A DNA stretch of 64,000 nt from Dehalococcoidia bacterium. GTDB taxonomy: Bacteria > Chloroflexota > Dehalococcoidia > SZUA-161 > SpSt-899. Of the stretch, positions 8,921 to 17,708 are shown piece after piece (within the stretch, counting starts at the first letter, position 1; every line of letters begins with the position of its first letter). The notes below the pieces were generated by a model. That model did no database searches and had not been told where the DNA came from. It saw nothing but the letters and a program-made list of their open reading frames with translations. Both the position numbers and the translations under genes were made by a program. The stretch lies in the NCBI GenBank assembly GCA_041300025.1, contig JBGLNL010000001.1:1598005-1662004 (forward strand), in the 5' to 3' direction.

Positions 8921-9769
8921 TCAGCGAGATTGATAAATTTCCACCCACTCGTTTACAAGATCGGGTAACCTTTCAATTACTTCGCGACCGAATAAAGCTT
9001 CATCAGTATAGCCCATGTGAAGCATATCGATAATTCGACACAAATAAGATTTTCCCTGTTCCCACCATGTATCATGCGCGTCAACAATCAAATAATGCTT
9101 TACATCTATGCCTTCATGTTCACGGAGTTCTTCCAATTCCATACCATCCAACAAAGACTCATAAATACCATCAGCAACACGACTACCGAAAGTTGTTGTG
9201 TAATAGTATTCCTTGATTTCCCAAATGGCTATAGGATTTACACTACTTGGAAAAGCCCCGTCAACACGACGAGCCAATGTTCGTACAGGTAAGTTGTCGT
9301 TGGTAACAATTGTCAGTTGGTGAGGATCATAATCGCATGGCAAGCCATTTGCGTTTGCTTCAACAAGCATATTCACAAGCCCTGTCAAATAGGCTGGTGT
9401 TTTCATATTTCCTTTTTGCTTGTTCATGGGAATAGGGCAAGATGGTCGCAGACCTTTGTAGAACTTTTTGAAAATTCTCCTTGCCTCAGTTACATTCATC
9501 AAGTTCGGTTCAATAAATGTATTGATAATATCGGCGCGATAAGCAAAATAATCTTGCAAAATTTTCCCGAAGTTTCTGTTTGAAATTGTTTGTGAACGTA
9601 ATCGAGAAAAATCAATTTCAAACTTTTTGAGTTTGGATTGGATTTCTTCTGGATTAGGAACCTTTATCCGGGATGTTGATTTCTCTGTATAGCCGACTTC
9701 CTGGCTAATCAGGCGAACACTTGCCCAAAAGTTCTTCGGCAGATGCAAAAATTCGTTACTTGGTTTCAT
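8921..9769 (-). CDS. putative type II restriction endonuclease (PD-(D/E)xK-like)
   Basis: 282-aa ORF whose start overlaps the C-protein gene end by 14 nt. It is divergent from a Dam-family methylase. It carries a candidate catalytic motif VDGAF-x11-WEIKEY. I recognise no family by eye. Confidence 0.5.
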   Translation of the reverse strand: MKPSNEFLHLPKNFWASVRLISQEVGYTEKSTSRIKVPNPEEIQSKLKKFEIDFSRLRSQTISNRNFGKILQDYFAYRADIINTFIEPNLMNVTEARRIFKKFYKGLRPSCPIPMNKQKGNMKTPAYLTGLVNMLVEANANGLPCDYDPHQLTIVTNDNLPVRTLARRVDGAFPSSVNPIAIWEIKEYYYTTTFGSRVADGIYESLLDGMELEELREHEGIDVKHYLIVDAHDTWWEQGKSYLCRIIDMLHMGYTDEALFGREVIERLPDLVNEWVEIYQSR

Positions 9770-10007
9770 CCAGCCTTTCCTCCAATATTTTTACAAAGTC
9801 TTCCAGTGAAATTCCCATGAGTTGGCAAATTCTTCGTAATTCGAGGATATCCAGGTTTCGTGTTCCGGCTTCATATTTGCTGACAAATGATTGAGGAACG
9901 CCAAGTTGTTCTGCCATATCAACTTGCCGTATTGCGTTTTTTCCCCTCAATTCTCTTAAGAGCAACAGGAGTTTCTCGCGTTGGCGGGTTTGATCGGGAA
10001 TTTTCAT
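9756..10007 (-). CDS. XRE-family HTH protein; likely R-M controller (C) protein
   Basis: 83 aa. The HTH is IRQVDMAEQLGVPQSFVSKYEAGTRNLDILELRRICQLMGISL. It lies immediately upstream of, and overlaps, the endonuclease gene. A palindromic operator lies 8 nt upstream. Confidence 0.7.
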   Translation of the reverse strand: MKIPDQTRQREKLLLLLRELRGKNAIRQVDMAEQLGVPQSFVSKYEAGTRNLDILELRRICQLMGISLEDFVKILEERLDETK

Positions 10008-10014
10008 GGTTGAC

Positions 10015-10037
10015 TAATATCCCAAAATGGGATATTA
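10015..10037. promoter_or_regulatory. perfect palindrome (candidate C-box operator) in the divergent C/R - M intergenic region
   Basis: TAATATCCCA-AAA-TGGGATATTA: 10-bp perfect arms with a 3-nt spacer. It lies between the C start (10007) and the M start (10068). A TATAGT -10-like hexamer sits at 10055-10060. Confidence 0.5.
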
Positions 10038-10067
10038 TTATCCTGGAAAGATGGTATAGTAAAGCCT

Positions 10068-10973
10068 ATGAAAGAAGTTAAAGACACAGCACAACTCTAT
10101 TTATTTGAGACGCAGGTAAACAAGAAACGCTTAGTTGAGCCATTTAATATGTCACTCCTTAAATGGATTGGCAGCAAACAGCGCATGGCTCATGAAATCA
10201 TCTCATATTTTCCTATTGAGTTCGGCAAGTACTTTGAGCCATTTCTCGGCAGCGGTGGGATTTTAGGCACCCTTGCTCCTAAAGTTGCAATCGCCTCGGA
10301 TACATTTTCACCACTCATCGAAATCTGGCAAACCTTGAAAATATCTCCATCCACAGTGAAAGAGTGGTACAGGGAGCGTTGGCAGAAAATGATGAATGGA
10401 GATAAGGTAGAAATTTATGAACAGATCAAGGCTTCCTACAATTCAAAACCAAATGGCGCAGATTTACTGTTCTTGACACGTTCCTGTTACGGCGGCGTGG
10501 TCAGGTTTAGAAAAGCTGATGGATATATGTCAACACCTTGCGGCATTCATAAGCCAATTGCACCTGAAACCTTTTCCCTTAGAGTGAACGAATGGTACAA
10601 ACGAGTTGCAGGGACAACCTTTTTCCAATTGGATTATGAAGAGGCAATGAGCCTGGCCAAACCTGGTGACCTTGTTTATTGTGACCCTCCTTACGCTCAT
10701 AGTCAAGCGATTTTGTATGGGGCACAGTCCTTCAGTTTGGAACACTTGTTAAGTGTAATCGAAAAATGTAAAGAACGGGGCGTATATGTTGCCTTGAGCA
10801 TTGATGGTACAAAACGATCTGGAAATATGATCTGTGATTTACCGATTCCTAATGGATTATTCGAACATGAAATGCTTATTGACATTGGGCATTCCATGTT
10901 AAAAAGATTCCAGATGAATGGAAAGACACTAGAGGGGGAAAAAGTGTCTGATAGGTTACTGCTAACTTACTAA
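10068..10973 (+). CDS. DNA adenine methyltransferase, D12 (Dam/EcoRV) class
   Basis: LKWIGSKQRMAHEI, motif I FEPFLGSGGILG and motif IV YCDPPY, in the order typical of Dam-family N6-adenine methylases. Confidence 0.85.
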   Translation: MKEVKDTAQLYLFETQVNKKRLVEPFNMSLLKWIGSKQRMAHEIISYFPIEFGKYFEPFLGSGGILGTLAPKVAIASDTFSPLIEIWQTLKISPSTVKEWYRERWQKMMNGDKVEIYEQIKASYNSKPNGADLLFLTRSCYGGVVRFRKADGYMSTPCGIHKPIAPETFSLRVNEWYKRVAGTTFFQLDYEEAMSLAKPGDLVYCDPPYAHSQAILYGAQSFSLEHLLSVIEKCKERGVYVALSIDGTKRSGNMICDLPIPNGLFEHEMLIDIGHSMLKRFQMNGKTLEGEKVSDRLLLTY

Positions 10974-10999
10974 ACTACCACCCATAAACGGAGATCATT

Positions 11000-11161
11000 A
11001 TGAATAAATTCCGCCCTTACCTACTGGATGTGGTGATCGGCCTGATTTTTATCTTGCTGCCCGGCATACGGGGATATGCAAACTGGCAAATCCATGAATA
11101 TGCACTCATCGTTCTGATCTACGGGTACATCGTTTATCTCCACCACAGAAAATACATGTGA
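11000..11161 (+). CDS. small hydrophobic protein (53 aa), hypothetical
   Basis: Manual translation MNKFRPYLLDVVIGLIFILLPGIRGYANWQIHEYALIVLIYGYIVYLHHRKYM, with two predicted TM stretches. It is below the ORF-track size cutoff. Confidence 0.3.
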   Translation: MNKFRPYLLDVVIGLIFILLPGIRGYANWQIHEYALIVLIYGYIVYLHHRKYM

Positions 11162-11174
11162 ACTTGCATACAAA

Positions 11175-11202
11175 GGCTCGGTGGGAACTTTGCCACCGAG
11201 CC
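11175..11202 (-). terminator. rho-independent terminator-like hairpin downstream of the 11210-11692 ORF
   Basis: ggctcggtgg / ccaccgagcc: a 10-bp perfect stem with an 8-nt loop, followed on the minus strand by TTTGTAT. Confidence 0.5.
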
Positions 11203-11209
11203 TGGTTAT

Positions 11210-11692
11210 TTACGAAACGCCGAAGAAACTCGAAGGCTTCTTGGGGAACAGGATGTTCAGCAGCAGGCGGATCTCATCGTTCCGGTACCAGCAATCTACA
11301 AGGACGCTTTTCAGTTCATCGAGTGTAGCATGGCCGAACACCAGGCGCAGGAAGGTCAGGTTTGGGAAGCCTGCCTGGCCCTCATCACGCGGCTTCGGCT
11401 GCCAGGACTCGATCCCGGCCAGGGTGCCCTTTTCCCAGGCCATACGCACGCCGCTGCGGTACAGGCTGACCTCCAACTTGCCACTGTAACCGACGGCAAT
11501 CGACTCTGCCAGCCGCCGCTCCAGGACCGGCTTGATATGCATCAGGAAGGCCGGCAGGTCCGGCACGCGGATGTACCAGGCATACGGCTGGCGGACGCGC
11601 GGCAGGGCCTCGCGCAACACCTCATAGGCCGGGTGCTCCAATCCCAGCCAGAAGGCATAAGCTGTCCGGGGTTTCTCTTCCTTTGACAACAT
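11210..11692 (-). CDS. C-terminal fragment of a GNAT-associated (Eis/SCP2-like) protein; hypothetical
   Basis: 160-aa GC-rich ORF (a spot line is about 70% G+C). My recollection is that AWYIRVPDLPAFL...GKLEVSLY resembles the C-terminal domains of GNAT acetyltransferases. The N-terminal acetyltransferase domain is absent. Confidence 0.35.
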   Translation of the reverse strand: MLSKEEKPRTAYAFWLGLEHPAYEVLREALPRVRQPYAWYIRVPDLPAFLMHIKPVLERRLAESIAVGYSGKLEVSLYRSGVRMAWEKGTLAGIESWQPKPRDEGQAGFPNLTFLRLVFGHATLDELKSVLVDCWYRNDEIRLLLNILFPKKPSSFFGVS

Positions 11693-11716
11693 ACTACCGC
11701 CTGTTTTCCACAGGTA

Positions 11717-11917
11717 TTGAAACGTTCATGGATGATCGGTGATGCCTGGACCGATATTCAAGCCGGTCAATCAGCTGGAGTACGGGGAACGATCATCCTA
11801 AAAACCGGGCGTGGAACAGACCAGCTAACTCTGCCAATACCGGACGATGTGGCTGATTTTCTTGTCTGCGACAATCTGTTACAGGCAATTGAAATCATCC
11901 TGGAGAAAGATTCTTAA
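11717..11917 (+). pseudogene. HAD phosphatase (GmhB-like, D,D-heptose 1,7-bisphosphate phosphatase), C-terminal fragment
   Basis: SWMIGDAWTDIQAGQSAGVRGTIILKTGRG is the HAD motif III/IV region. The N-terminal DxD region is missing and an in-frame stop lies immediately upstream. Confidence 0.6.
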
Positions 11918-11929
11918 CGATCGATGATC

Positions 11930-12544
11930 TCAGTCACCCAGTACATCCATGGATAGTTTCGCACTCGCATCCGGCAGGTTGACGCCAATGAACGGCTGGT
12001 CTTTGATGGTCCGAACGATCATATGCTCTAACATCAAGTGAACATCTTCAACATGTTCGATGATGGTGCTGTTGACATGGATGTGGGTATCCACCATCTG
12101 CCCGAGACGACCGCCGTCAAAACCGGTAAATCCAATGGTGGTCACTCCGTATTTCTGCGCCTCTTCAACCGCATGGATGACATTCTTCGAGTTGCCGCTG
12201 GCAGAAATGGCAATGACGATATCATCGGGTCTGATTAAATTAATCAATTGCTGGGAAAAAACATTCTCGTATCCTTCGTCATTGGCATACGCTGAAAATA
12301 TTTCCATGTTGTCGGTCAATCCGATCGCACGGAAGTGTGGCAGTCCATCACACCGTGTATTCTTTGCCAGGTCGCACACGAAATGTGATGCAGTCGAGGC
12401 TGAACCGCCATTTCCCATGATGAACACCTGACTGCCCTGCATGCGAGCGTGTTGCAATATATGGATCACATCAGAGATGAGAGATTGGGGTAATTGACTC
12501 ATAGTCTGTTGTAAAGTTGATATGTAATTTTGGATATATTCCAT
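11930..12544 (-). CDS. gmhA: SIS-domain sedoheptulose-7-phosphate isomerase
   Basis: 204 aa; VFIMGNGGSASTASHFVCDLAK and ISASGNSKNVIHAVEEAQKYGVTTIGFTGFDGG. Confidence 0.8.
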   Translation of the reverse strand: MEYIQNYISTLQQTMSQLPQSLISDVIHILQHARMQGSQVFIMGNGGSASTASHFVCDLAKNTRCDGLPHFRAIGLTDNMEIFSAYANDEGYENVFSQQLINLIRPDDIVIAISASGNSKNVIHAVEEAQKYGVTTIGFTGFDGGRLGQMVDTHIHVNSTIIEHVEDVHLMLEHMIVRTIKDQPFIGVNLPDASAKLSMDVLGD

Positions 12545-12573
12545 TATGCTCTACCTTTCTCTATACATTACTT

Positions 12574-13554
12574 TTAAGAACGACGATAATTGAAGATGAT
12601 CTTTGTTCCATCCGCTTCCAGCCTAAAGGGAAGTTCCTGCAACCCATTCAATGCGGCGCGGACCTTGCTCTGACGTTCGTAGGGAACATATAACAAAAGA
12701 AACCCCCCTCCACCAGCGCCGGCGATCTTTCCGCCGATGGCGCCAGCACTCCTGGCCGCATCGTACATCTCATTAATGGTACCGTTGCTAACGGTTCCAG
12801 CCAGGCGTTTCTTTAATTCCCAGGATTGGTGCATACACTCACCAAGGGCGTCAAAGTTTTCCTTACATACATAATCACGTGCCTGATATGCCATTTGCTT
12901 GATCTCGCGCAATTCGCGCATACGATCCTTGATATTGCTCTTTTGTTCGGTAAGGATCGATGAAGCACTGCGGCTGACGCCTGTAAAGAACAATATGAAG
13001 TTGTCATTAAAAGCCCGTCGGGCATCAGCAGAGATGCTGATCTTTTCTACTTTGACTTCGCCGTCAGGCATAAATTCGAAAAAACGCAGACCGCCATATG
13101 CCGCAATATACTGATCTTGAATCCCGATGGGCTTTTTCAGGGTCTCAATCTCTATTGCACAGGCTTCGCGCGCCAGCCCTTCTGCGGAAGCGATCTCGCC
13201 CTGATAGGCATACATGGCGTTCAAAGCCCCGACCGTAACTGTGCTCGATGACCCCAATCCTGATCCCTCTGACGGGATGTCACCCATGGTGGTGATTTCC
13301 ACACCGCTCTTAATCCCTGTAAGCCGGAGCGCCTCCCGGATCAATTCATGCTGGATCTCATCGACTCCATCAACCATCTCTGTGCGTGTATAGCCCACAC
13401 GTAGTTTTTCATCGAACCTTTCCTTGATCGTAAGAAAGATGAATTTATCGATCGCCGAGGTTAAAACACAGCCTCCCTCCTCCATAAAATAGGAGGGGAA
13501 ATCCGTGCCCCCGCCAAAGAAACTGATGCGCAGTGGCGTTTGAACGATGATCAA
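12574..13554 (-). CDS. GHMP-family sugar kinase (D-glycero-D-manno-heptose 7-phosphate kinase-like)
   Basis: [22 protein letters not shown] and [15 protein letters not shown] (GHMP motif). The TTG at 13554, with GGAG 8 nt upstream, is preferred over the track start at 13581. Confidence 0.75.
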   Translation of the reverse strand: MIIVQTPLRISFFGGGTDFPSYFMEEGGCVLTSAIDKFIFLTIKERFDEKLRVGYTRTEMVDGVDEIQHELIREALRLTGIKSGVEITTMGDIPSEGSGLGSSSTVTVGALNAMYAYQGEIASAEGLAREACAIEIETLKKPIGIQDQYIAAYGGLRFFEFMPDGEVKVEKISISADARRAFNDNFILFFTGVSRSASSILTEQKSNIKDRMRELREIKQMAYQARDYVCKENFDALGECMHQSWELKKRLAGTVSNGTINEMYDAARSAGAIGGKIAGAGGGGFLLLYVPYERQSKVRAALNGLQELPFRLEADGTKIIFNYRRS

Positions 13555-13588
13555 GAATACATCTCCAACCCTTTGAAGCAAGCCGTTT

Positions 13589-13672
13589 TCATATCAAAAC
13601 CTTCTTCAAGGAAGAACCCAAAACATTTGAACCGATGAAACCGGCTCCGCCGGTTATCAATATTTTCGACAT
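13589..13672 (-). pseudogene. stub of an NAD-dependent epimerase/dehydratase (first ~16 codons)
   Basis: MSKILITGGAGFIGSN (Rossmann GxxGxxG), then non-homologous sequence and a stop after 27 codons. Confidence 0.45.
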
Positions 13673-13699
13673 ATATATGATTTCCTGTTGTGGATTTAT

Positions 13700-14782
13700 T
13701 TAATATGCCCCACGGCGTTTGATAACTGCAGGGACCGTTTGGAACAGAATTTGAAGATCAAGCCAGATGCTCCAATTTCGGATGTAATACATATCAAGAC
13801 GTACGCGTTCTTCGTAGGAAACATCCGAGCGTCCGCTGACCTGCCATACACCGGTCATCCCCGGCAGTACAGTTAACAGGTTCATATCAAACTGCTTATA
13901 CATGGAAACTTCCTCCGGCGAGATCATGCGTGGACCGACCAGAGACATTTCACGTTTGAGGACGTTGAACAACTGTGGAAATTCATCCAAACTGAATTTC
14001 CGTAGAAATGCTCCGATCCGGGTAATACGGGGATCAACCTTCAATTTGTGGTTTCTCGCCAGTTCTTCCTTCATTTCAGGATGCTGTGCCAGGATCTCAT
14101 CACCATTGATCACCATTGTACGGAACTTATAGGCGTGGAACTGTTTCCCGTTCAAGCCCATCACCAATCGTTTATGGATGATGGGACCCGGGGAACTCCA
14201 CTTCACCATGAGTGCTACAACCAGCAAAAACGGTGACAAAACAAGCAAACTTCCCAACGCCAAAATATAATCGAGCGCAAACTTCAGGATGGTATCAGAA
14301 CCCGTCAACCTCACCTTGTTTACATACACCAGAGGCACGTAGGCAAATTCGTTGATCGTCAAACCAGTGGTAAGTATCTCATACAACCCCGATGACATAC
14401 GAATATTGACCTTGTCTGATACGCCATACTTTCGAAATATCTCAAGCAGATAGTCCCGTGTAGAGATTGCACTTGAAGCCAGGATTACCTCGCCAACATT
14501 ATAGCGTTCAATGATCTCGCCAAGTTGTTCCACAGTTCCCAAAGACACGAGATCGTGAAATAATGGAAAGGTTACTGGTGTTTTCTTGTCCACGAAACCG
14601 ACCAGGTGCAAACCCGATGTCTCCCATTTCAATAATTGCTCTGCCAGCCAACGTCCTTCCTGGTTTGCGCCAACGATAACTGCAGGGGTAAGGAAAAAAC
14701 CATGTTTACGAAGAGAATAGACCAGTCGCCGCAACCAAAAGCGCGACACTGCAACGAAGAAGAACGTAAACATCCAGGTCAT
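13700..14782 (-). CDS. polyprenyl-phosphate glycosyl-1-phosphate transferase (WbaP/bacterial sugar transferase family), N-terminally short
   Basis: KRLVMGLNGKQFHAYKFRTMV...DEFPQLFNVLKREMSLVGPR...LPGMTGVWQVSGRSD...LDMYYIRNWSIWLDL. Most of the usual N-terminal TM bundle is missing. The track ORF (to 14893) overlaps the asnB fragment. Confidence 0.8.
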   Translation of the reverse strand: MTWMFTFFFVAVSRFWLRRLVYSLRKHGFFLTPAVIVGANQEGRWLAEQLLKWETSGLHLVGFVDKKTPVTFPLFHDLVSLGTVEQLGEIIERYNVGEVILASSAISTRDYLLEIFRKYGVSDKVNIRMSSGLYEILTTGLTINEFAYVPLVYVNKVRLTGSDTILKFALDYILALGSLLVLSPFLLVVALMVKWSSPGPIIHKRLVMGLNGKQFHAYKFRTMVINGDEILAQHPEMKEELARNHKLKVDPRITRIGAFLRKFSLDEFPQLFNVLKREMSLVGPRMISPEEVSMYKQFDMNLLTVLPGMTGVWQVSGRSDVSYEERVRLDMYYIRNWSIWLDLQILFQTVPAVIKRRGAY

Positions 14783-16044
14783 CAACACAGGGGCTTGTAG
14801 TTGCGCAAGGCAACCAGGTTGGGGATGATCGACTCGTACGTGACCACGAAATTCCCGCTGCCCATGGTGCCCTCGATCGCGCCCCGAATGCATTGCTCGA
14901 AGTAGGCGATCAGGTAGCGGGTATAACCTCCGAAGATCTCGTCGCCTCCCTGGCCTCCCAACACAACCTTGCGATGCCGGGCGGCAAGTTGGGAAACCAT
15001 ATACTGCGGGAAGGATCCGGGGCCTGCCACCGGGTAATCGAGGTGGTAGATGACTTTACGGATATGCTCGACAAAATCAGCCGCCGTAATATCCACTTCA
15101 TACAGGTCAAAGCCGCGCCATTCCGCCAGGGTACGGGCATACTGGCTCTCATCATAAGCCGCCCCATACGATGCGAACTTCCCTGTAAAGCCGATCATCG
15201 CCCCTGGCTCCTGCTGCCCCACCGCCAGGGATGCCACCGCACTGGAATCCAATCCGCCGCTGACGTAGGCGCCGACCGGCACATCGCTGCGCAGGTGTAG
15301 CGCGACCGATTCTTCGAGGAGAGCTCGCAACTTTTCCTCGAAATACCTGGCCGTATGGTGATAGTCCGGCTCATAATAGACTTCCCAATAACGTTCGATC
15401 TGCACCCGGCTATTGGATACCAGCAAGAAATGGGCTGGCAGGAGTTCCTGGATGCCCTTGAAGAGGGTCTTGCCAGCCAGACAGAACTGGAAGGTAAGAT
15501 AATCCTTGAAACCATCCAGATCGGTTTCGATCTGCTCGACAAACGGCAAGAGTGCTTTGACCTCGGATGCAAAATAGAAGATGCCATCCACGGTTGTGTA
15601 ATAGAATGGCTTGATGCCAAAGCGGTCGCGGGCGCAGAAGAGGGATTGCTTTCCTTCATCCCATAGGGCAAAGGAGAACATGCCGCGTAAGTGATTGACG
15701 CAATCGGTCCCCCATTTGTGATAGGCATACAGGATCACTTCGGTATCGGATGTGGTATTGAAATTTTCAACACCCAATTCCTGTCGCAACTCGATGTAGT
15801 TATATACCTCACCGTTGAACACGATCCAGTTGCCGCCCTGGTCACACATGGGCTGGTCACCCGTTGCCAGGTCGATGATGCTCAAACGCCGGTGGGCCAG
15901 GCCAACATGGCCGCCCGGCTGCCGCCAGGTGCCCTGGCCATCCGGGCCGCGGTGTCGCTGCAACTCGTTCATGATGTTCAGGCGATGATCCAAATCCGGT
16001 ATCGGCTCCCCGGATAAGCAAACGGCACCAGCTATTCCACACAT
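14782..16044 (-). CDS. asparagine synthase (glutamine-hydrolysing) family amidotransferase, 3'-truncated
   Basis: The MCGIAG N-terminal nucleophile, SGGLDSS PP-loop and GGQGGDEIFGGY are present. It ends about 150-200 residues short of normal AsnB-family length. Confidence 0.8.
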   Translation of the reverse strand: MCGIAGAVCLSGEPIPDLDHRLNIMNELQRHRGPDGQGTWRQPGGHVGLAHRRLSIIDLATGDQPMCDQGGNWIVFNGEVYNYIELRQELGVENFNTTSDTEVILYAYHKWGTDCVNHLRGMFSFALWDEGKQSLFCARDRFGIKPFYYTTVDGIFYFASEVKALLPFVEQIETDLDGFKDYLTFQFCLAGKTLFKGIQELLPAHFLLVSNSRVQIERYWEVYYEPDYHHTARYFEEKLRALLEESVALHLRSDVPVGAYVSGGLDSSAVASLAVGQQEPGAMIGFTGKFASYGAAYDESQYARTLAEWRGFDLYEVDITAADFVEHIRKVIYHLDYPVAGPGSFPQYMVSQLAARHRKVVLGGQGGDEIFGGYTRYLIAYFEQCIRGAIEGTMGSGNFVVTYESIIPNLVALRNYKPLC

Positions 16045-16057
16045 CTTCTCTTACTCC

Positions 16058-16086
16058 ATGATCAATCCCCCTGCCTAAAGGGGGGG
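16058..16086 (+). repeat. possible partial copy (left part) of the MITE-like element, copy I
   Basis: catgatcaatccccctgcctaaagggggg resembles ctgatcaaccccctgtatcccccaatcatggggg of copy A. The match is weak. Confidence 0.35.
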
Positions 16087-16235
16087 AACTACGAGGGCAT
16101 AGCTAAGGTATTGTTGATTGAATTCCAAATATCCGTTGGAACTTACCCCTATCTTGAAAGAAATAGAACAATCCTTATCTGATGAGTTACTGCCTCTTAG
16201 TAAATAGCCAAAACAAGGTAAAACAAACCTTACTA

Positions 16236-17057
16236 CTACTTATAGGCTGTTATGTATAAATCCAAGCCCAAAAGACGGGCTATGTTATGCAGAAATCGTT
16301 TGCGATCTAAGTAATATTTTTTGAATAAATAATATGAATCAAAATTCTGAATGTCAATTTTTATCTTGGAATAGTTTCTAAAATATCTCTTTACTTCATG
16401 GGGCGAAACAAAATCCGTATAGGGATTGGCTTTGCCTTTGGTGTTGAGGTCGTATCGGGTACGCATAAATTCCGAATAGCTCACCCTACGTTCTTCTTTA
16501 AGGCTTTGTTTCCAATAACTAATGGGTATCTCGATAATCTGTCGGAAAGATAAACGATTGTAAACCATGATCAGAGATTTCCCCCCTTTCCCGAGAACCC
16601 GATAAGCTTCGGCAATACAGCGAGGAAGATTACCAGTATGGTGGATGGTTCCAATACTGAATATAAAGTCAAAATAATCATTGGGAAATGGGATATCTAG
16701 TGCGCTACCCTGCTTAATTCTTTCGTCAAGATTATTAATCCCTAATAAACCCAACCGGTGTCTTGCCATTCCGACAGGTCCATCTGCGATATCAAGACCA
16801 TAATAATCACAACCTTTCGAGGCCAACAACTGGCTCAAAGAGCCATACCCTAAACCAATTTCGAGAACCTTAGAACCTTGTAGATTTTCCATATCAACAT
16901 ATTTTTTAAGATAGGGATACATATCGAAATAATACGTATCAAACCGGTTAAGGTTTTCAGCTGAATGATCTGTAATGCCTAATGCTTTTGCCAAAGATGT
17001 ACTACACAATTCATCCCAAAATTCAATATTTTTTGCATCAATTTCACTTTGTGACAC
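16236..17057 (-). CDS. class I SAM-dependent methyltransferase
   Basis: 273 aa; motif I VLEIGLGYGSLSQLLASKGCDYYGLDI. The segment is AT-rich. Confidence 0.7.
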   Translation of the reverse strand: MSQSEIDAKNIEFWDELCSTSLAKALGITDHSAENLNRFDTYYFDMYPYLKKYVDMENLQGSKVLEIGLGYGSLSQLLASKGCDYYGLDIADGPVGMARHRLGLLGINNLDERIKQGSALDIPFPNDYFDFIFSIGTIHHTGNLPRCIAEAYRVLGKGGKSLIMVYNRLSFRQIIEIPISYWKQSLKEERRVSYSEFMRTRYDLNTKGKANPYTDFVSPHEVKRYFRNYSKIKIDIQNFDSYYLFKKYYLDRKRFLHNIARLLGLDLYITAYK

Positions 17058-17159
17058 GAGTACTCTCCTATCGGAAGCCAGATAATATCAAACAATCTAG
17101 CATATTCCACTTCTATTGGATCATAAATTCTCACCAATCATTCGGTATGAAGAATTTCC

Positions 17160-17708
17160 TTACGTACACATTATTTTGATAACTTTCCGAAGAGCAGATA
17201 ACACAGGGCTGATCAAGCACACCACAAACTTCCGCCCCGGAAACGGATATCTTGGCACCGTCTTGAGGAGCACTCTGAACTTTCGCTTGATTAGATTCTT
17301 TCCAAGGATGGAGGAAACCAGGGAAAGCTCTTCATCAGTTAGGCAGGGATTCATACCAGCATGGTGAAATTCTTTGTCAAGCTCTTTTATGTGCTGTTGA
17401 TAGCTATACTGACCTGAGGCAATTAAGTCACGATAAGAATTCTCGGTTAGTTCACGGCGTACAGAGTTATCACGAAACAGATGAATTACTTCATCAAAAT
17501 TACTCCAATCTTTCTTCAGTGGAATGTAATGCACCATTGGCCGCAAGATACCAGAATATCTACCCTCATAAAGAATTTGGCAGGTGCGGGAAGCTGCCGC
17601 TTCAAAGTGTCGAGGGCTAATGGTACGATAGTATATGTTGTCCTCATAAGAGGAAATCAAACTTTCCAAACCTTCATCAAAAAAAGTATCCGTCTGATAA
17701 TGTTCCAC
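17160..17708 (-). CDS. glycosyltransferase-like (CgeB/DUF3880-like) C-terminal fragment
   Basis: SPRHFEAAASRTCQILYEGRYSGILRPMVHYIPLKKDWSNFDEV resembles the C-terminal part of CgeB-type glycosyltransferases (from memory). It has a GTG start, and the frame is open upstream without homology. Confidence 0.35.
   Translation of the reverse strand: MEHYQTDTFFDEGLESLISSYEDNIYYRTISPRHFEAAASRTCQILYEGRYSGILRPMVHYIPLKKDWSNFDEVIHLFRDNSVRRELTENSYRDLIASGQYSYQQHIKELDKEFHHAGMNPCLTDEELSLVSSILGKNLIKRKFRVLLKTVPRYPFPGRKFVVCLISPVLSALRKVIKIMCT

Noticed and set aside
8921-10973. Assigning the R-M system to GATC (DpnII/MboI-type) specificity because the methylase is Dam-like
   Set aside because: D12-class methylases also serve other sites (for example the EcoRV, NlaIII and FokI families). 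The endonuclease candidate does not resemble DpnII as I recall it. Specificity cannot be read from this sequence.
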